Shown here: positions 1-10,101 of the stretch, piece by piece
Layout of the letters: every line of letters starts with the position of its first letter
Numbering within the stretch: the stretch's first letter is position 1
Assembly (NCBI GenBank): GCA_965208615.1
Contig: CBDBPB010000009.1
Coordinates: 53,931-117,930, forward strand
Length of the DNA stretch: 64,000 nucleotides
Source of the DNA: Spirochaetota bacterium
GTDB lineage: Bacteria > Spirochaetota > UBA6919 > CBDBPB01
Reading direction: 5' to 3'
The notes under the pieces: generated by a model
The model's input: the letters and a program-made list of their open reading frames with translations, nothing else
Database searches by the model: none
What the model was told of the DNA's origin: nothing
Made by a program: the position numbers and the translations under genes

Positions 1-1
1 T

Positions 2-613
2 GCCCTTAGACTCCTCAACTCAATAAACAAGGTAGTAGATACCGCTAAAATAGAACTTGGAAAAATTAAAATTAATACAGAAAAAATCATGATAAAAGAA
101 TATATTAATGAAATCTTATTACCCCTTAAAAATATTGCTAATCAAAATAATATTAAAATCTACTTCAACCCTGATAGCGATATAGACAGCATTATTAGCG
201 ATAGTGAAAAGCTAAATACAATACTATATAACATCCTAAGCAATGCAATAAAATATAATAAGGTCAACGGTAAGATATTTATCTCTTATTCAAAGTCGGG
301 ATATAACAATATACTCTTTTCAATTAAGGATACCGGTATTGGAATTAAGTCGGAATATAAAAATAGTATATTTAAAGAGTTTGCTAAAGCTGGTGAAAAT
401 AATTACTTAGCCTCCAAAAGAGGTATTGGATTAGGATTAACTATCTGTAAAAAACTGATTAACCTTATGGGGGGGGATATATGGTTAAACTCTATATATG
501 GTCAAGAGACTACTTTCTATTTTACCCTTCCAGTTCAACTTATTATTAGCAAAAATAAAGAACTAAATACTATGCCTAACTGCCAAACACAGACTACTAT
601 ACAAAACAAATAA
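2..613 (+). CDS. Sensor histidine kinase, C-terminal part (end of HisKA + HATPase_c); truncated by window start
   Basis: Frame open from base 2 (ALRLLNSINKVVDTAKIELGK). N box ILYNILSNAIKY, G1 DTGIGI, G2 GIGLGLTIC, GGDIWLNS. Confidence 0.9.
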   Translation, partial: ALRLLNSINKVVDTAKIELGKIKINTEKIMIKEYINEILLPLKNIANQNNIKIYFNPDSDIDSIISDSEKLNTILYNILSNAIKYNKVNGKIFISYSKSGYNNILFSIKDTGIGIKSEYKNSIFKEFAKAGENNYLASKRGIGLGLTICKKLINLMGGDIWLNSIYGQETTFYFTLPVQLIISKNKELNTMPNCQTQTTIQNK

Positions 614-628
614 CTTATAAATATAAAA

Positions 629-2659
629 CTACTTAGTTTTACTCAATTTTATAAATATGGTATCTAATATAGGATTAACCCTATCAATTAACACCGTAAC
701 CCTTTGATTTAGCTTAAAATAAGCGGTAGTATTTAAAATAGTCTGAAGGAAAACCTCTTGAATTTCTACAAGATAACCATTATTTGCTTTTCTCAAAACA
801 ATAGCCTCGAATGAACGACCCTTTTCTTGTTTTAGGTACTTCAATAACCAATATCTTGATGTGTCCCTTTCTATAGCCTTTATCTCTTTAGAAGCTTTAT
901 CAGCGGTTGCCGCAACTATTTGAATATCTTGTTTTGAATAGTATGGCTTGTTTTTAGAAGATAAAAAACTCTTTAACTGCCTGTGAATAATTAAATCATG
1001 ATAACGACGTATAGGTGAACTTATCTGAGTGTATACATATAAGCCTAATGCAAAGTGTTTTCTTGGAATAAAGTCTATTTCAGACTTTTTCATCTTCTTT
1101 AGCTGGTCAAAAAGATTAGCCTTATCATTATCAACCAATACAATATCTTTATCAGGAGGCTCCTGACATATATAGATGGATGAAATACCATTTAAATAGC
1201 AAAATACCGCAGATAAATGATTAATAAATATCATAAGCTCCTTAACTATTAGATCACTTTTAAAATTATGCTTGTCAATATCCAATTCAATTCTTTTATC
1301 CCTAAGTACCCTTATTTTTATATCAGGATTGTTAAACTCTATGGCTCCATCCGACTCACGCTTAAGCCTAAGAGCGTTTGCCACCCTATAAAGAAGCTCT
1401 AAGGGCTTATCAGAGTCAATTAGCTCATGCACCTCTTTATAAGTCATATTCTTATTCACAACAACTACAGATTGGACTATGTTATAATCAACCATATTAA
1501 AACTATGATCAAAGTTAATCATAAAGCTAGTACAAGGTCTTAACTCCCCCTCAATCAAGCTAAACTTATAGTCAGATAAAGACTCCGGGAACATGGATAT
1601 CTTCTCTAAGGGTAAATATACGGTTAAACCCCTATGCAATGCCTCAGAATCAAGTGCAGAACCCGCATCTATAAAATGGGATACGTCAGTAATGTGTACC
1701 CAAACAATATATTTATCATCCTTTATTTCAAAGGATATAGCATCATCAATATCCTTGGTATACTTATCATCAATGGTTATTGTATGCAAATGTCTAAGGT
1801 CTAATCTATCCCCAATATCCTTTTCCAAAAAGCCTTTTATTTGCTTAGCCTCTTCTAATGCCTTTTCTCCAAAAGTAGTGGGAATGTTATACTTTAAAAT
1901 AGAAAGATTTTCATCCTCCTTAAATATTCCAAGCTGCTGAAAGAGTATATATAAACTCTCAATAACTGTCTTAGACATCTTAAATCCACAATGTTTTTTC
2001 ATAGTCTCTAAAATATCAAGAGCAACATCCTTTTTGTCATATAAATCTCTAAATAATACATACTGCTTTAAAGGCTCAATATATCTAATAACCTCCAAAG
2101 GAATCTCTAACTTATCATTATTACCAGAAATAAAGTCCTTAAGCCATCTGATAACAATATCCATATTTTGTTGCTTCTTTTTAAGACTACGCTCATACCT
2201 ATCTCTCTCTTCTATTTTAGCGCTAACTGCCTTATATGTATTGGGATAAAAGCGTCCATGTTTAAGCTTAAAGTATGTAGAGTCGTTTGACAAGGCAATT
2301 ATCATTATTACTATATTTTCATTAGAACTATGATTATCAAAATATAACTCAGCCATATAAAGTGGAGTAAAACCCTCTTCTTCCTCACAAAGAAGCTCGT
2401 ATAACTCTTTTATAGAAACACTTTTAGACTCATTTTCTAAGTTATCACGAATACTTTTAACTTCTCTTGCTATCTCAAAGTCTTTTCTATCAACAGAAAT
2501 AACCTTATTAAGGCTAACCTCTAACTTATCCAATAACATATTAGACTTTTTATTATTCTCCGAAAGAAGAACTAATTTATCCCCCTTTCTGTCCACCACA
2601 ATACCTAACAAAAAGTTATTTCTCTCACGATAAGCAACTAGTTCACCTATTTTTGCCAT
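629..2659 (-). CDS. RNase II/RNase R family exoribonuclease (RNB domain)
   Basis: Catalytic motif TIDDKYTKDIDDAIS, VHITDVS, YTQISSPIRRYHDLIIHRQL, C-terminal S1-like domain. Confidence 0.92.
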   Translation of the reverse strand: MAKIGELVAYRERNNFLLGIVVDRKGDKLVLLSENNKKSNMLLDKLEVSLNKVISVDRKDFEIAREVKSIRDNLENESKSVSIKELYELLCEEEEGFTPLYMAELYFDNHSSNENIVIMIIALSNDSTYFKLKHGRFYPNTYKAVSAKIEERDRYERSLKKKQQNMDIVIRWLKDFISGNNDKLEIPLEVIRYIEPLKQYVLFRDLYDKKDVALDILETMKKHCGFKMSKTVIESLYILFQQLGIFKEDENLSILKYNIPTTFGEKALEEAKQIKGFLEKDIGDRLDLRHLHTITIDDKYTKDIDDAISFEIKDDKYIVWVHITDVSHFIDAGSALDSEALHRGLTVYLPLEKISMFPESLSDYKFSLIEGELRPCTSFMINFDHSFNMVDYNIVQSVVVVNKNMTYKEVHELIDSDKPLELLYRVANALRLKRESDGAIEFNNPDIKIRVLRDKRIELDIDKHNFKSDLIVKELMIFINHLSAVFCYLNGISSIYICQEPPDKDIVLVDNDKANLFDQLKKMKKSEIDFIPRKHFALGLYVYTQISSPIRRYHDLIIHRQLKSFLSSKNKPYYSKQDIQIVAATADKASKEIKAIERDTSRYWLLKYLKQEKGRSFEAIVLRKANNGYLVEIQEVFLQTILNTTAYFKLNQRVTVLIDRVNPILDTIFIKLSKTK

Positions 2660-2771
2660 AGTCTAAAAATACCTGTTTTTTTTGTTGTATAAAATACACT
2701 AATATATTACTAATATTAACTCGAAACTAAAAATAATTTTAAGCAACTTTAAGAGAAAAATAAAGCTAATG

Positions 2772-4118
2772 TTAGTTATTAACCTTATACAGAGAATTAA
2801 AGTGGGTAAAATAATGAGGAAAGGTTTTTGATACGCAGTTAGGATCAAGAATAACGAGTCCTCGGACTTTTAATCCAGCTAAAGAGAATGCCATAGCCAT
2901 TCTATGATCATCATAAGTAGAAATATTAGCAGGCTTATATTTATCCACAGGTTGTATAATAATACCATCATCCATTTCTGTAATGTCTGCCCCAAGCTTT
3001 TTTAACTCATTACATAGTGCAGTTATTCTGTCAGTCTCCTTTAGCCTCATATTATACACATTTCTAATTATAGTTTTTCCCTTAACAAATAAAGCTATAA
3101 CAGCAAGAGTCTGTGCAACGTCAGATATGTCATTCATATCAACATCCACACCCTTTAGTTTAGTATTAGCATTTCTATAAACAGTAATAGAGTTATCCCC
3201 ATAAGAAACCAAACAACCCATTTCTTCTAATATAGACAAAAACCGAAGATCTCCCTGAACGCTGTTTTTAGTAATATTATTAACAGTAAGCTCTCCACCA
3301 CAAATAGCAACGGCTCCAAAAAAATAAGAAGCATTAGAAGCATCCCCCTCAATAATATAATTATTTAGGGGTTTATAGTTCTGAGGCTCAATAGTTATAG
3401 ATTTATAACTACTATCATAACTAACAGATAAACTACCAAAGTCATTCATGACCTTTTTAGTAATATCAATATAGGGCTTGGATACCAAATCACCATCTAT
3501 ATCAATATGGATATTATTATTAGCATAACAACCAGAAAGCATAATGGATGAAAAAAATTGACTGCTAATATTACCCTTCATGCTAACCCTTCCGCCACTA
3601 AGACCCTTAGCTCTAATTTTAATAGGGGGATAGCCATCCTTATCAACATATAATATATTAGCACCAAGACTATTAAGTCCATCAACTAAATCTTTTATAG
3701 GTCTATTTTTCATACGTTCATTTCCAGTTAAAATAAACTCACCTTGTCCGAGGGTCAAAAATGTTGTCAGGAAACGAAGTGCAGTACCTGCATTACCAAC
3801 ATAAACAGGATTAGAAATATAGTTAAAGTTAAGCCCCTTACTAAAAACGGTAATCTCATTGCTATATTCACTAGCTTCAATAGTAATACCCAAGCTAGTA
3901 AGGGCATCTATCATATATTTTGTATCATCACTAAAAAGTGCATTAGTCATAGAAGTTTTACCATTAGCTAATGCCGCTATAACTAAAGCTCTATTGGTAA
4001 TGCTTTTTGAACCAGGAATATTTATACTAGCTCTAATTTCATGGTTTATAGGCTTAATAAGTTTAGAATGATTCTTTTTGCCTATTTTAACATTATTATC
4101 ATAATCGCTATCAGCTAT
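2772..4118 (-). CDS. aroA: 3-phosphoshikimate 1-carboxyvinyltransferase (EPSP synthase); start extended to a probable ATA at 4118
   Basis: GNAGTALRF, ISSQFFS, RLKETDRI, DDHRMAMAF, CVSKTFP. The conserved N-terminal IPGSKSITNRAL lies in frame upstream of the ORF-track start at 3950. Confidence 0.95.
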   Translation of the reverse strand: MADSDYDNNVKIGKKNHSKLIKPINHEIRASINIPGSKSITNRALVIAALANGKTSMTNALFSDDTKYMIDALTSLGITIEASEYSNEITVFSKGLNFNYISNPVYVGNAGTALRFLTTFLTLGQGEFILTGNERMKNRPIKDLVDGLNSLGANILYVDKDGYPPIKIRAKGLSGGRVSMKGNISSQFFSSIMLSGCYANNNIHIDIDGDLVSKPYIDITKKVMNDFGSLSVSYDSSYKSITIEPQNYKPLNNYIIEGDASNASYFFGAVAICGGELTVNNITKNSVQGDLRFLSILEEMGCLVSYGDNSITVYRNANTKLKGVDVDMNDISDVAQTLAVIALFVKGKTIIRNVYNMRLKETDRITALCNELKKLGADITEMDDGIIIQPVDKYKPANISTYDDHRMAMAFSLAGLKVRGLVILDPNCVSKTFPHYFTHFNSLYKVNN

Positions 4119-4146
4119 CCTATTTCTCCACTATAAGTTGTAATTC

Positions 4147-4638
4147 TTAGTTGTCAATAGTAAGGGGTTTACTATCATCCTCTTCAAATTCTACTATAAG
4201 ATCCTTCTTGCGCCTAGTTTTTTTAATCCTTCTTTTAATTTTTCTCTTAACCTTTTTTTTAACTTTTTTATAAGCTCTCTTTTTAGGCTTAACCGCTAAA
4301 CTAAGCTTCTTTGTATACTTTTTAATAAGCATAATGATTTCTTTTTTCTGATTCTCATCAGCCTCTGGATGTTTGTGATATTTGGCCTCATTCAGCTTAT
4401 CAAGAGCATCATTATATTTATTATTTTTAGCAAAGTTTTTCGCATTATTTATAAGTATATCAATAGTATTATTTTTTTTAATAATTTCCTCTTGCTTATT
4501 TTTATGAACTTCCTTTTTTCCATCTATTAAAAGTTCTCCAATTTCCTCTATGAAAAAAATCCCTATAAGCAGTATTAATAAAAGAATTATTATAGTTATA
4601 AAAATGGCATCAGCTTTTTTAAACCCTGACATTGTCAT
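4147..4638 (-). CDS. Hypothetical membrane-anchored protein with Lys/Arg-rich tail
   Basis: N-terminal hydrophobic helix, TPR-like helix pair, basic run KKRAYKKVKKKVKRKIKRRIKKTRRKK; GGAG RBS upstream. Confidence 0.75.
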   Translation of the reverse strand: MTMSGFKKADAIFITIIILLLILLIGIFFIEEIGELLIDGKKEVHKNKQEEIIKKNNTIDILINNAKNFAKNNKYNDALDKLNEAKYHKHPEADENQKKEIIMLIKKYTKKLSLAVKPKKRAYKKVKKKVKRKIKRRIKKTRRKKDLIVEFEEDDSKPLTIDN

Positions 4639-4784
4639 CTATCTCCATAATAAAGTAAAAATTATTGATTATATTTAAACCCATATAAAACTAATACCAC
4701 TAATTATTTTAAATAAGACAATACAGCTAAAAGTTATAAAGCTCTAAACACTATACCATAAACCTATTATGAATTAGCTGTATT

Positions 4785-5528
4785 TTATTTTTCTATTTCG
4801 TTATATTCCTTCCCTTCTTTTTTTCCTTTATTTTTAACTATAAGGTTTTGAGAGTTTACTTTTACATTTCTATCCGATATATAAATATCTTTAGTATTTT
4901 TTCTTTTGTTATTCTGCTTATTTTTACTATTCTGTTCTTTACCCACGGCTCTACCAATATAGGTTTTGTATTTATCTTTTTCAACCGGAAAGATAAAGTT
5001 TTTATTCTTCAATATATTAATAGCTTTTCTAACGCTTTCATACTGCAGGTTATTTGGAGCTTTTACTAAATATATCTCCCATGCCTTAATGGTTTCATCT
5101 TTATTTTTAAGATTAAAATATATCATCCCCATATACAAATATATAGCCGGATATTTATCAGTTTTACTTCCTATATACCTATAGGTTTTTAGGGCATCTT
5201 TATACATCTTGGCACCCTGATAGCTTTTTGCTAAATTATACAAATAGATAATCTTTGTTTTACCTGAAACTATATCCAAACCACGTTTATATGCCTCTAT
5301 AGACTCAAGGAACATTTTCTTATGATTATATATATTACCCAAATAAAAGTATAAGTCATTTTTCATAGGACTCTCTTTAAAAGCTCTCTCAAAGTAAACC
5401 AAAGCAAGTTCATACTTTTTTTTATTATAAAGAATAATTCCTTGATCATAGTTTGACAACACCTTAGATAGTAATAAGCTTGGAGTTAACAATAATATAA
5501 CCAAGGTTATTTTCATTAAAGTTTTCAT
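4785..5528 (-). CDS. Exported tetratricopeptide repeat protein
   Basis: Signal peptide; TPR motifs LYFYLGNIY, YLYNLAKSY, IYLYMGMIY. Confidence 0.85.
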   Translation of the reverse strand: MKTLMKITLVILLLTPSLLLSKVLSNYDQGIILYNKKKYELALVYFERAFKESPMKNDLYFYLGNIYNHKKMFLESIEAYKRGLDIVSGKTKIIYLYNLAKSYQGAKMYKDALKTYRYIGSKTDKYPAIYLYMGMIYFNLKNKDETIKAWEIYLVKAPNNLQYESVRKAINILKNKNFIFPVEKDKYKTYIGRAVGKEQNSKNKQNNKRKNTKDIYISDRNVKVNSQNLIVKNKGKKEGKEYNEIEK

Positions 5529-5589
5529 TTAGTTAGTCCTAATAGTAGTTTTAAAGTGGTATTAATGTATATTTATTTATTTTTTATAT

Positions 5590-5616
5590 CTATCGGATAC
5601 TTTTTTTTACTGTATA
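5590..5616 (-). promoter_or_regulatory. Possible sigma28 (FliA) promoter of the TPR gene
   Basis: TATA-N15-TCCGATAG on the minus strand versus consensus TAAA-N15-GCCGATAA. Confidence 0.35.
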
Positions 5617-5690
5617 AAACATTTTATAAATAATTTATAACCTATTAGAGCCTATTCTATATTACCTTATTTACAATTTTACATATTTTA

Positions 5691-5719
5691 TTGACAGAAT
5701 AGTAAAATGTATATATAAT
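5691..5719 (+). promoter_or_regulatory. Sigma70 promoter, perfect consensus
   Basis: TTGACA (5691-5696), 17-nt spacer, TATAAT (5714-5719). Confidence 0.7.
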
Positions 5720-6017
5720 TTATTTATTAACATTTTAGTTAGTCTATGTTTAAAACCCTCAATAATCCTTAGACTCTTCTAGCTTAAATAATTTCTCTAA
5801 GGAATAGTGCTAGTAAAAAAAACATTACATACAAAATAATATGTTAATAATATATTTTTACAGTTATAAAAATTATATGGCTTTTATTACTACTATATTA
5901 CTTATATATAATAGTATAATTATAAAACTAAAGTAAAACATCTAAATATATATATTTATTAAATGTTATATTAATAATTTTTAATTAAAAAAATAAATAG
6001 GAAAGAAAAACTTAAGT

Positions 6018-7385
6018 ATGGATAACTTATATATAATTATACCCAGCATAATAATAGCTGTAATTGTTATTTTTCTTTTAATAAGACATTTTATATTTGC
6101 TAGTAAATTCGACCAAATACAAAACCATATAGAAAATAATAACACTAATGAGGCTATAAAACTTCTAAAAAAACTTATACATAAAAATGATAGAAATAGT
6201 ACAGCTCACTTTTACCTTGGAGAAACATACTTTCGTGAAGAAAATTACGAATGGTCACTACCTCATTATAAAAAAGTTATTTCTATAAATAATTATAACT
6301 CAGAAATAACAGAGCTAAAAGTTAGAGAACGTCTTGCAGAAATATACCTCCACTTTAATAAACTTAAAGAAGCTCAAAAAGAATTCCTACTAATTTTAAA
6401 TATGGAGCCTAATAACTATAAGCACTATTACCGAATAGGACAAATATTTTATCAACGACATTACAGAGAAAATGCAGGATTCTACTTTAAAAAAAGCCTA
6501 GAAATAAATCCAATACATGATGACTCCCTTTTCTATTTAGGAGAAATATTATATATAACTCAACGTTATCCAGAAGCACTAGAATATATGAAGCAATGTC
6601 TAAAAAGTAATCCAACATATCACAAAGCATATTATTATATAGGCATGAGCAACTTTATGTCTAAAAACTATACCCGAGCTTTAAAAGATTTCGAAATAAG
6701 CGCTAGAGATTCAGAATTTAGATTAAGATCCCTCTTTCAATTAGGTAAAACCTCTGTAGAAAGCGGCAATATAGAAAAAGGCATCCTAGACCTTGAAAGA
6801 GCTATACAGTATATTACAAAAGAAGATAAAGTTACCGCCGCCTTAAGATATTATTTAGCTAGTACTTATGAGAGTATTCGAGATATATCATCTGCCATAG
6901 TCCAGTGGGAAATCATTGCTAACCATTATCCAGCTTATAAAAGCGTTAAAACTAAACTTGATGCCTATGGCGATATTAGAATGAATGACCAATTAAAAGA
7001 TTTTATGACTGCATCAGAAAATCGCTTCGGAACAATCTCTAAACAAATAGTAGAAAACTTTGACTATAACATTATAAAAATGAAAATAACCAATAGGGGT
7101 GCTATTGCAACAATACTAACTAATGATAAAGAAAGTGAATGGCGAAATGTAAGAAAAACAAAGCAACTATTTAAAATATACAGAATAAGTGATAAAATTG
7201 GTGATAACACTATTAGGGAAATACTAGAAGAGGTAAAAGAAATGGGTGCAGTAAAAAGCTTTTGTATTACTAGCTCTGAGTTTACAAGACAGGCTAATGA
7301 ATATGCCAGTACTCGTCCTATAGAACTTTTTGATAAAAATAATATATCTAACTTATTGTCTAATCAAAATAATAAAATTAGTTAG
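6018..7385 (+). CDS. Membrane-anchored TPR protein with C-terminal Mrr-like restriction-endonuclease-fold domain
   Basis: N-terminal TM, multiple TPRs, C-terminal FCITSSEFTRQANEYASTRPIELFD typical of Mrr_cat; architecture known from spirochaetes. Confidence 0.8.
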   Translation: MDNLYIIIPSIIIAVIVIFLLIRHFIFASKFDQIQNHIENNNTNEAIKLLKKLIHKNDRNSTAHFYLGETYFREENYEWSLPHYKKVISINNYNSEITELKVRERLAEIYLHFNKLKEAQKEFLLILNMEPNNYKHYYRIGQIFYQRHYRENAGFYFKKSLEINPIHDDSLFYLGEILYITQRYPEALEYMKQCLKSNPTYHKAYYYIGMSNFMSKNYTRALKDFEISARDSEFRLRSLFQLGKTSVESGNIEKGILDLERAIQYITKEDKVTAALRYYLASTYESIRDISSAIVQWEIIANHYPAYKSVKTKLDAYGDIRMNDQLKDFMTASENRFGTISKQIVENFDYNIIKMKITNRGAIATILTNDKESEWRNVRKTKQLFKIYRISDKIGDNTIREILEEVKEMGAVKSFCITSSEFTRQANEYASTRPIELFDKNNISNLLSNQNNKIS

Positions 7386-7425
7386 TACTCCATAAATATA
7401 TATTATATATTTAATCCAGAGGTAA

Positions 7426-7848
7426 ATGATGACCGATATTGCTAAAGTCATTAAGGTAGAGGGTAATAAGGTTATAGCTGAGGTACAGCCTTCAGACAAC
7501 TGTGGATCATGTAATGCCTGTTATGGAGCAAATCAAAAAACAAACTCCCTAACCCTTTTAAACCTAATAAACGCTAAAAAAAATGACCTCATCATTGTTG
7601 AAATTAGTGAATCAAAAAGCATCCAGCTCTCTATTTTGGTTTATATATTCCCAATAATAATGATGATCTTGGGGTATTTTTTGGGAGAACTTTTAATACA
7701 AAGTAAAGATAGTGATAATCCCTTTGCAGTCGGCTTATCTGTGGTATTTTTGCTTATCTCATTCTTAGTTATATATTTTATAGATAAAAAAAATAAGGGT
7801 TTTTCTCCGCAAATAACCGGCTTCTATAAAAAGCATAGTCCAGAATAA
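7426..7848 (+). CDS. RseC/MucC family membrane protein
   Basis: CGSCNAC Cys motif, LVYIFP motif, two C-terminal TM helices. Confidence 0.85.
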   Translation: MMTDIAKVIKVEGNKVIAEVQPSDNCGSCNACYGANQKTNSLTLLNLINAKKNDLIIVEISESKSIQLSILVYIFPIIMMILGYFLGELLIQSKDSDNPFAVGLSVVFLLISFLVIYFIDKKNKGFSPQITGFYKKHSPE

Positions 7849-7987
7849 ATATTAGACCATTGACAATATAAAATAACCGTTAATAAATATTTTTTACTAC
7901 TTAAACTTACTCTACAACCTTTTTATTATATTTCTATTAATAAAACAACACTTAACTTAATAAATATTACCACACAGCTAAAGGTAT

Positions 7988-9214
7988 ATGAAAATGCTTA
8001 ATTTGACCAAAATTACAAAAATAACCATAGGATTAATTATCATACTAATAGGTGTTAGTTCTGCTATATATTACTACTCCGGAAACATGAGTAAAATAAC
8101 AAGGTATTTTAAAAAAAGTAATACTAATAATAATACTACAAAAGAACATAATGCTAAATATATTAAAATAGCTGATAGTAATTTCTATACCTCTGCACAA
8201 AATAATAACAGCAGGTATTCCGATCTCGATGAAGAAATAAATATTAAAGTCTATAAAAAAGTTAGTCCCGGAGTAGTAAATATTATTACCAAAGTGTTTA
8301 GCTATAATTTTATATTTGAACCCATAATTAGAGAGGGAGCTGGCTCAGGATCCGTTATCAATAAAAAAGGACATATATTAACTAATTATCACGTTATAAG
8401 GTCTGCCAGTAGGCTAGAGGTAACTTTAAGTAATAATAAAAAATATCCTGCAAAGGTTGTTGGAGTGGATATAGAAGATGATTTAGCAATAATAAAAATT
8501 AAGGCTCCCCCTAATGAACTCCATCCAATTAAGATAGCTGACTCAAATAAGCTCAGAGTAGGACAAAAAGTTTTAGCTATAGGCAATCCATTTGGCCTAG
8601 AGAGAACCTTAACTACTGGTATTATTAGTTCCTTGGGTAGAACTATTAAAGGAGCATCAGGTGAGCTCATAGAAGGAGTTATACAAACTGATGCGGCTAT
8701 TAATCCCGGTAACTCTGGTGGGCCTCTTCTTAACAGCGATGGTAACCTCATTGGAGTAAATACATCTATTTTTAGTCCTTCTGGTGGTGGTAATATAGGA
8801 ATTGGTTTTGCTGTCCCTAGTAATACTGTTAGATTTGTTATTAATGACCTAGTCAACTATGGTAGAGTAAGACGCTCAACCATGGGAATATCTGGATTTC
8901 CTCTTTCTAAAATACAGGGATTAGCTAAATACTTAAAACTACCCGTTAAAAATGGTATTGTCGTTGTAGAAGCTACAAAAAATCTACCAGCTAATAAAGC
9001 CGGTATTAGGGGCTATAACAAAATATTAAGAGTTGGCAATTTAGAGATACCTGTTGGCGGCGATATTATTATTAAAATCAACAACAGAAATATTAAAAAT
9101 GGAAAAGATGTCTCTCTAGCATTTAGAAAAAAACGACCCGGTAATATTGTAACCGTTACCATTGTTAGGAATAACAAAATTAAAAAAATTAAAGTTAGAC
9201 TAGTCAGTCAATAA
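7988..9214 (+). CDS. HtrA/DegP-family trypsin-like serine protease with PDZ domain
   Basis: LTNYHVI, DDLAII, QTDAAINPGNSGGPL catalytic triad motifs; N-terminal TM; single PDZ. Confidence 0.95.
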   Translation: MKMLNLTKITKITIGLIIILIGVSSAIYYYSGNMSKITRYFKKSNTNNNTTKEHNAKYIKIADSNFYTSAQNNNSRYSDLDEEINIKVYKKVSPGVVNIITKVFSYNFIFEPIIREGAGSGSVINKKGHILTNYHVIRSASRLEVTLSNNKKYPAKVVGVDIEDDLAIIKIKAPPNELHPIKIADSNKLRVGQKVLAIGNPFGLERTLTTGIISSLGRTIKGASGELIEGVIQTDAAINPGNSGGPLLNSDGNLIGVNTSIFSPSGGGNIGIGFAVPSNTVRFVINDLVNYGRVRRSTMGISGFPLSKIQGLAKYLKLPVKNGIVVVEATKNLPANKAGIRGYNKILRVGNLEIPVGGDIIIKINNRNIKNGKDVSLAFRKKRPGNIVTVTIVRNNKIKKIKVRLVSQ

Positions 9215-9243
9215 ATATATCAGCAAAAAAATGGCGAATAAAT

Positions 9244-9678
9244 ATGAACTACTATAACAAAAAAATAATCTTATATACATCAGCACTATTAATATTGATC
9301 AGTTGTCAAACGGTTAATAACAAAGAGGATGTACACAAAAAAAATAAAAAAGTAGAACATAAAAAAGTAGAACATACAAAAATTAATGAATCCAAAAGAA
9401 ATAAAACTGCTAAAATAAGTATTGAACAGTTTTATCAGTTTATAAAACTCTATATTCAAAGCTATAAAAAAAATGATATTGATAGTGCTATAAAGCTAAT
9501 TCATAAGTATAATATAAATTCTAATATGCATAAAATAATTGGAAAAGAAATAATTCAAAACCCAAAAAAAGCAACACAATATAAAGAAAAAATTACTAAT
9601 CTAATGAAAGAAATCGATGAAAGTAAGTTCCAATCCTTTAACAAACAAGTAAATAAAAAAAGCCATGAAATAAAATAA
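9244..9678 (+). CDS. Hypothetical lipoprotein
   Basis: Lipobox-like LLILISC after a basic N-terminus; follows htrA closely. Confidence 0.7.
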   Translation: MNYYNKKIILYTSALLILISCQTVNNKEDVHKKNKKVEHKKVEHTKINESKRNKTAKISIEQFYQFIKLYIQSYKKNDIDSAIKLIHKYNINSNMHKIIGKEIIQNPKKATQYKEKITNLMKEIDESKFQSFNKQVNKKSHEIK

Positions 9679-10071
9679 CTAATAATAATCCTTTTTAAAA
9701 TGTCCATATTCCTCTATTAGGCTTTCCAATGCACTATTAATATCCCTTCCCCTAACCAAGCTATCAATTTTATCATATCTATCTAGCTTTTTTAAGTTTT
9801 CCAAACAATAACTCCGAACACTAAGCCTTGGATGCTTTTGTGATGCCAAATATAACGGTGGGATAGCTAATTCCTTACCCTCTAATAACAAATGATCAAC
9901 TGCCTCTTTAACCGCAATCTCATCCTTAAATAAAAGACACTTTACAACTGCTTCATAACTTTTTTGATTCCAGTCATCCTTAGTAGAAGTAAGTCCGGCA
10001 ATAATTGTATTAAGAAGTTCTTTTAATAATTTAGCAAAATCTTCTATCATAATCTCCTCATTATAATACAT
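9679..10071 (-). CDS. Hypothetical protein, HEAT-repeat-like
   Basis: 130-aa ORF co-oriented just downstream of thiL; helical LAIPPLY...SVRSYCLENL pattern. Confidence 0.65.
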   Translation of the reverse strand: MYYNEEIMIEDFAKLLKELLNTIIAGLTSTKDDWNQKSYEAVVKCLLFKDEIAVKEAVDHLLLEGKELAIPPLYLASQKHPRLSVRSYCLENLKKLDRYDKIDSLVRGRDINSALESLIEEYGHFKKDYY

Positions 10072-10101
10072 TATAATACATTGGGATTTATAAATAAAAT
10101 C

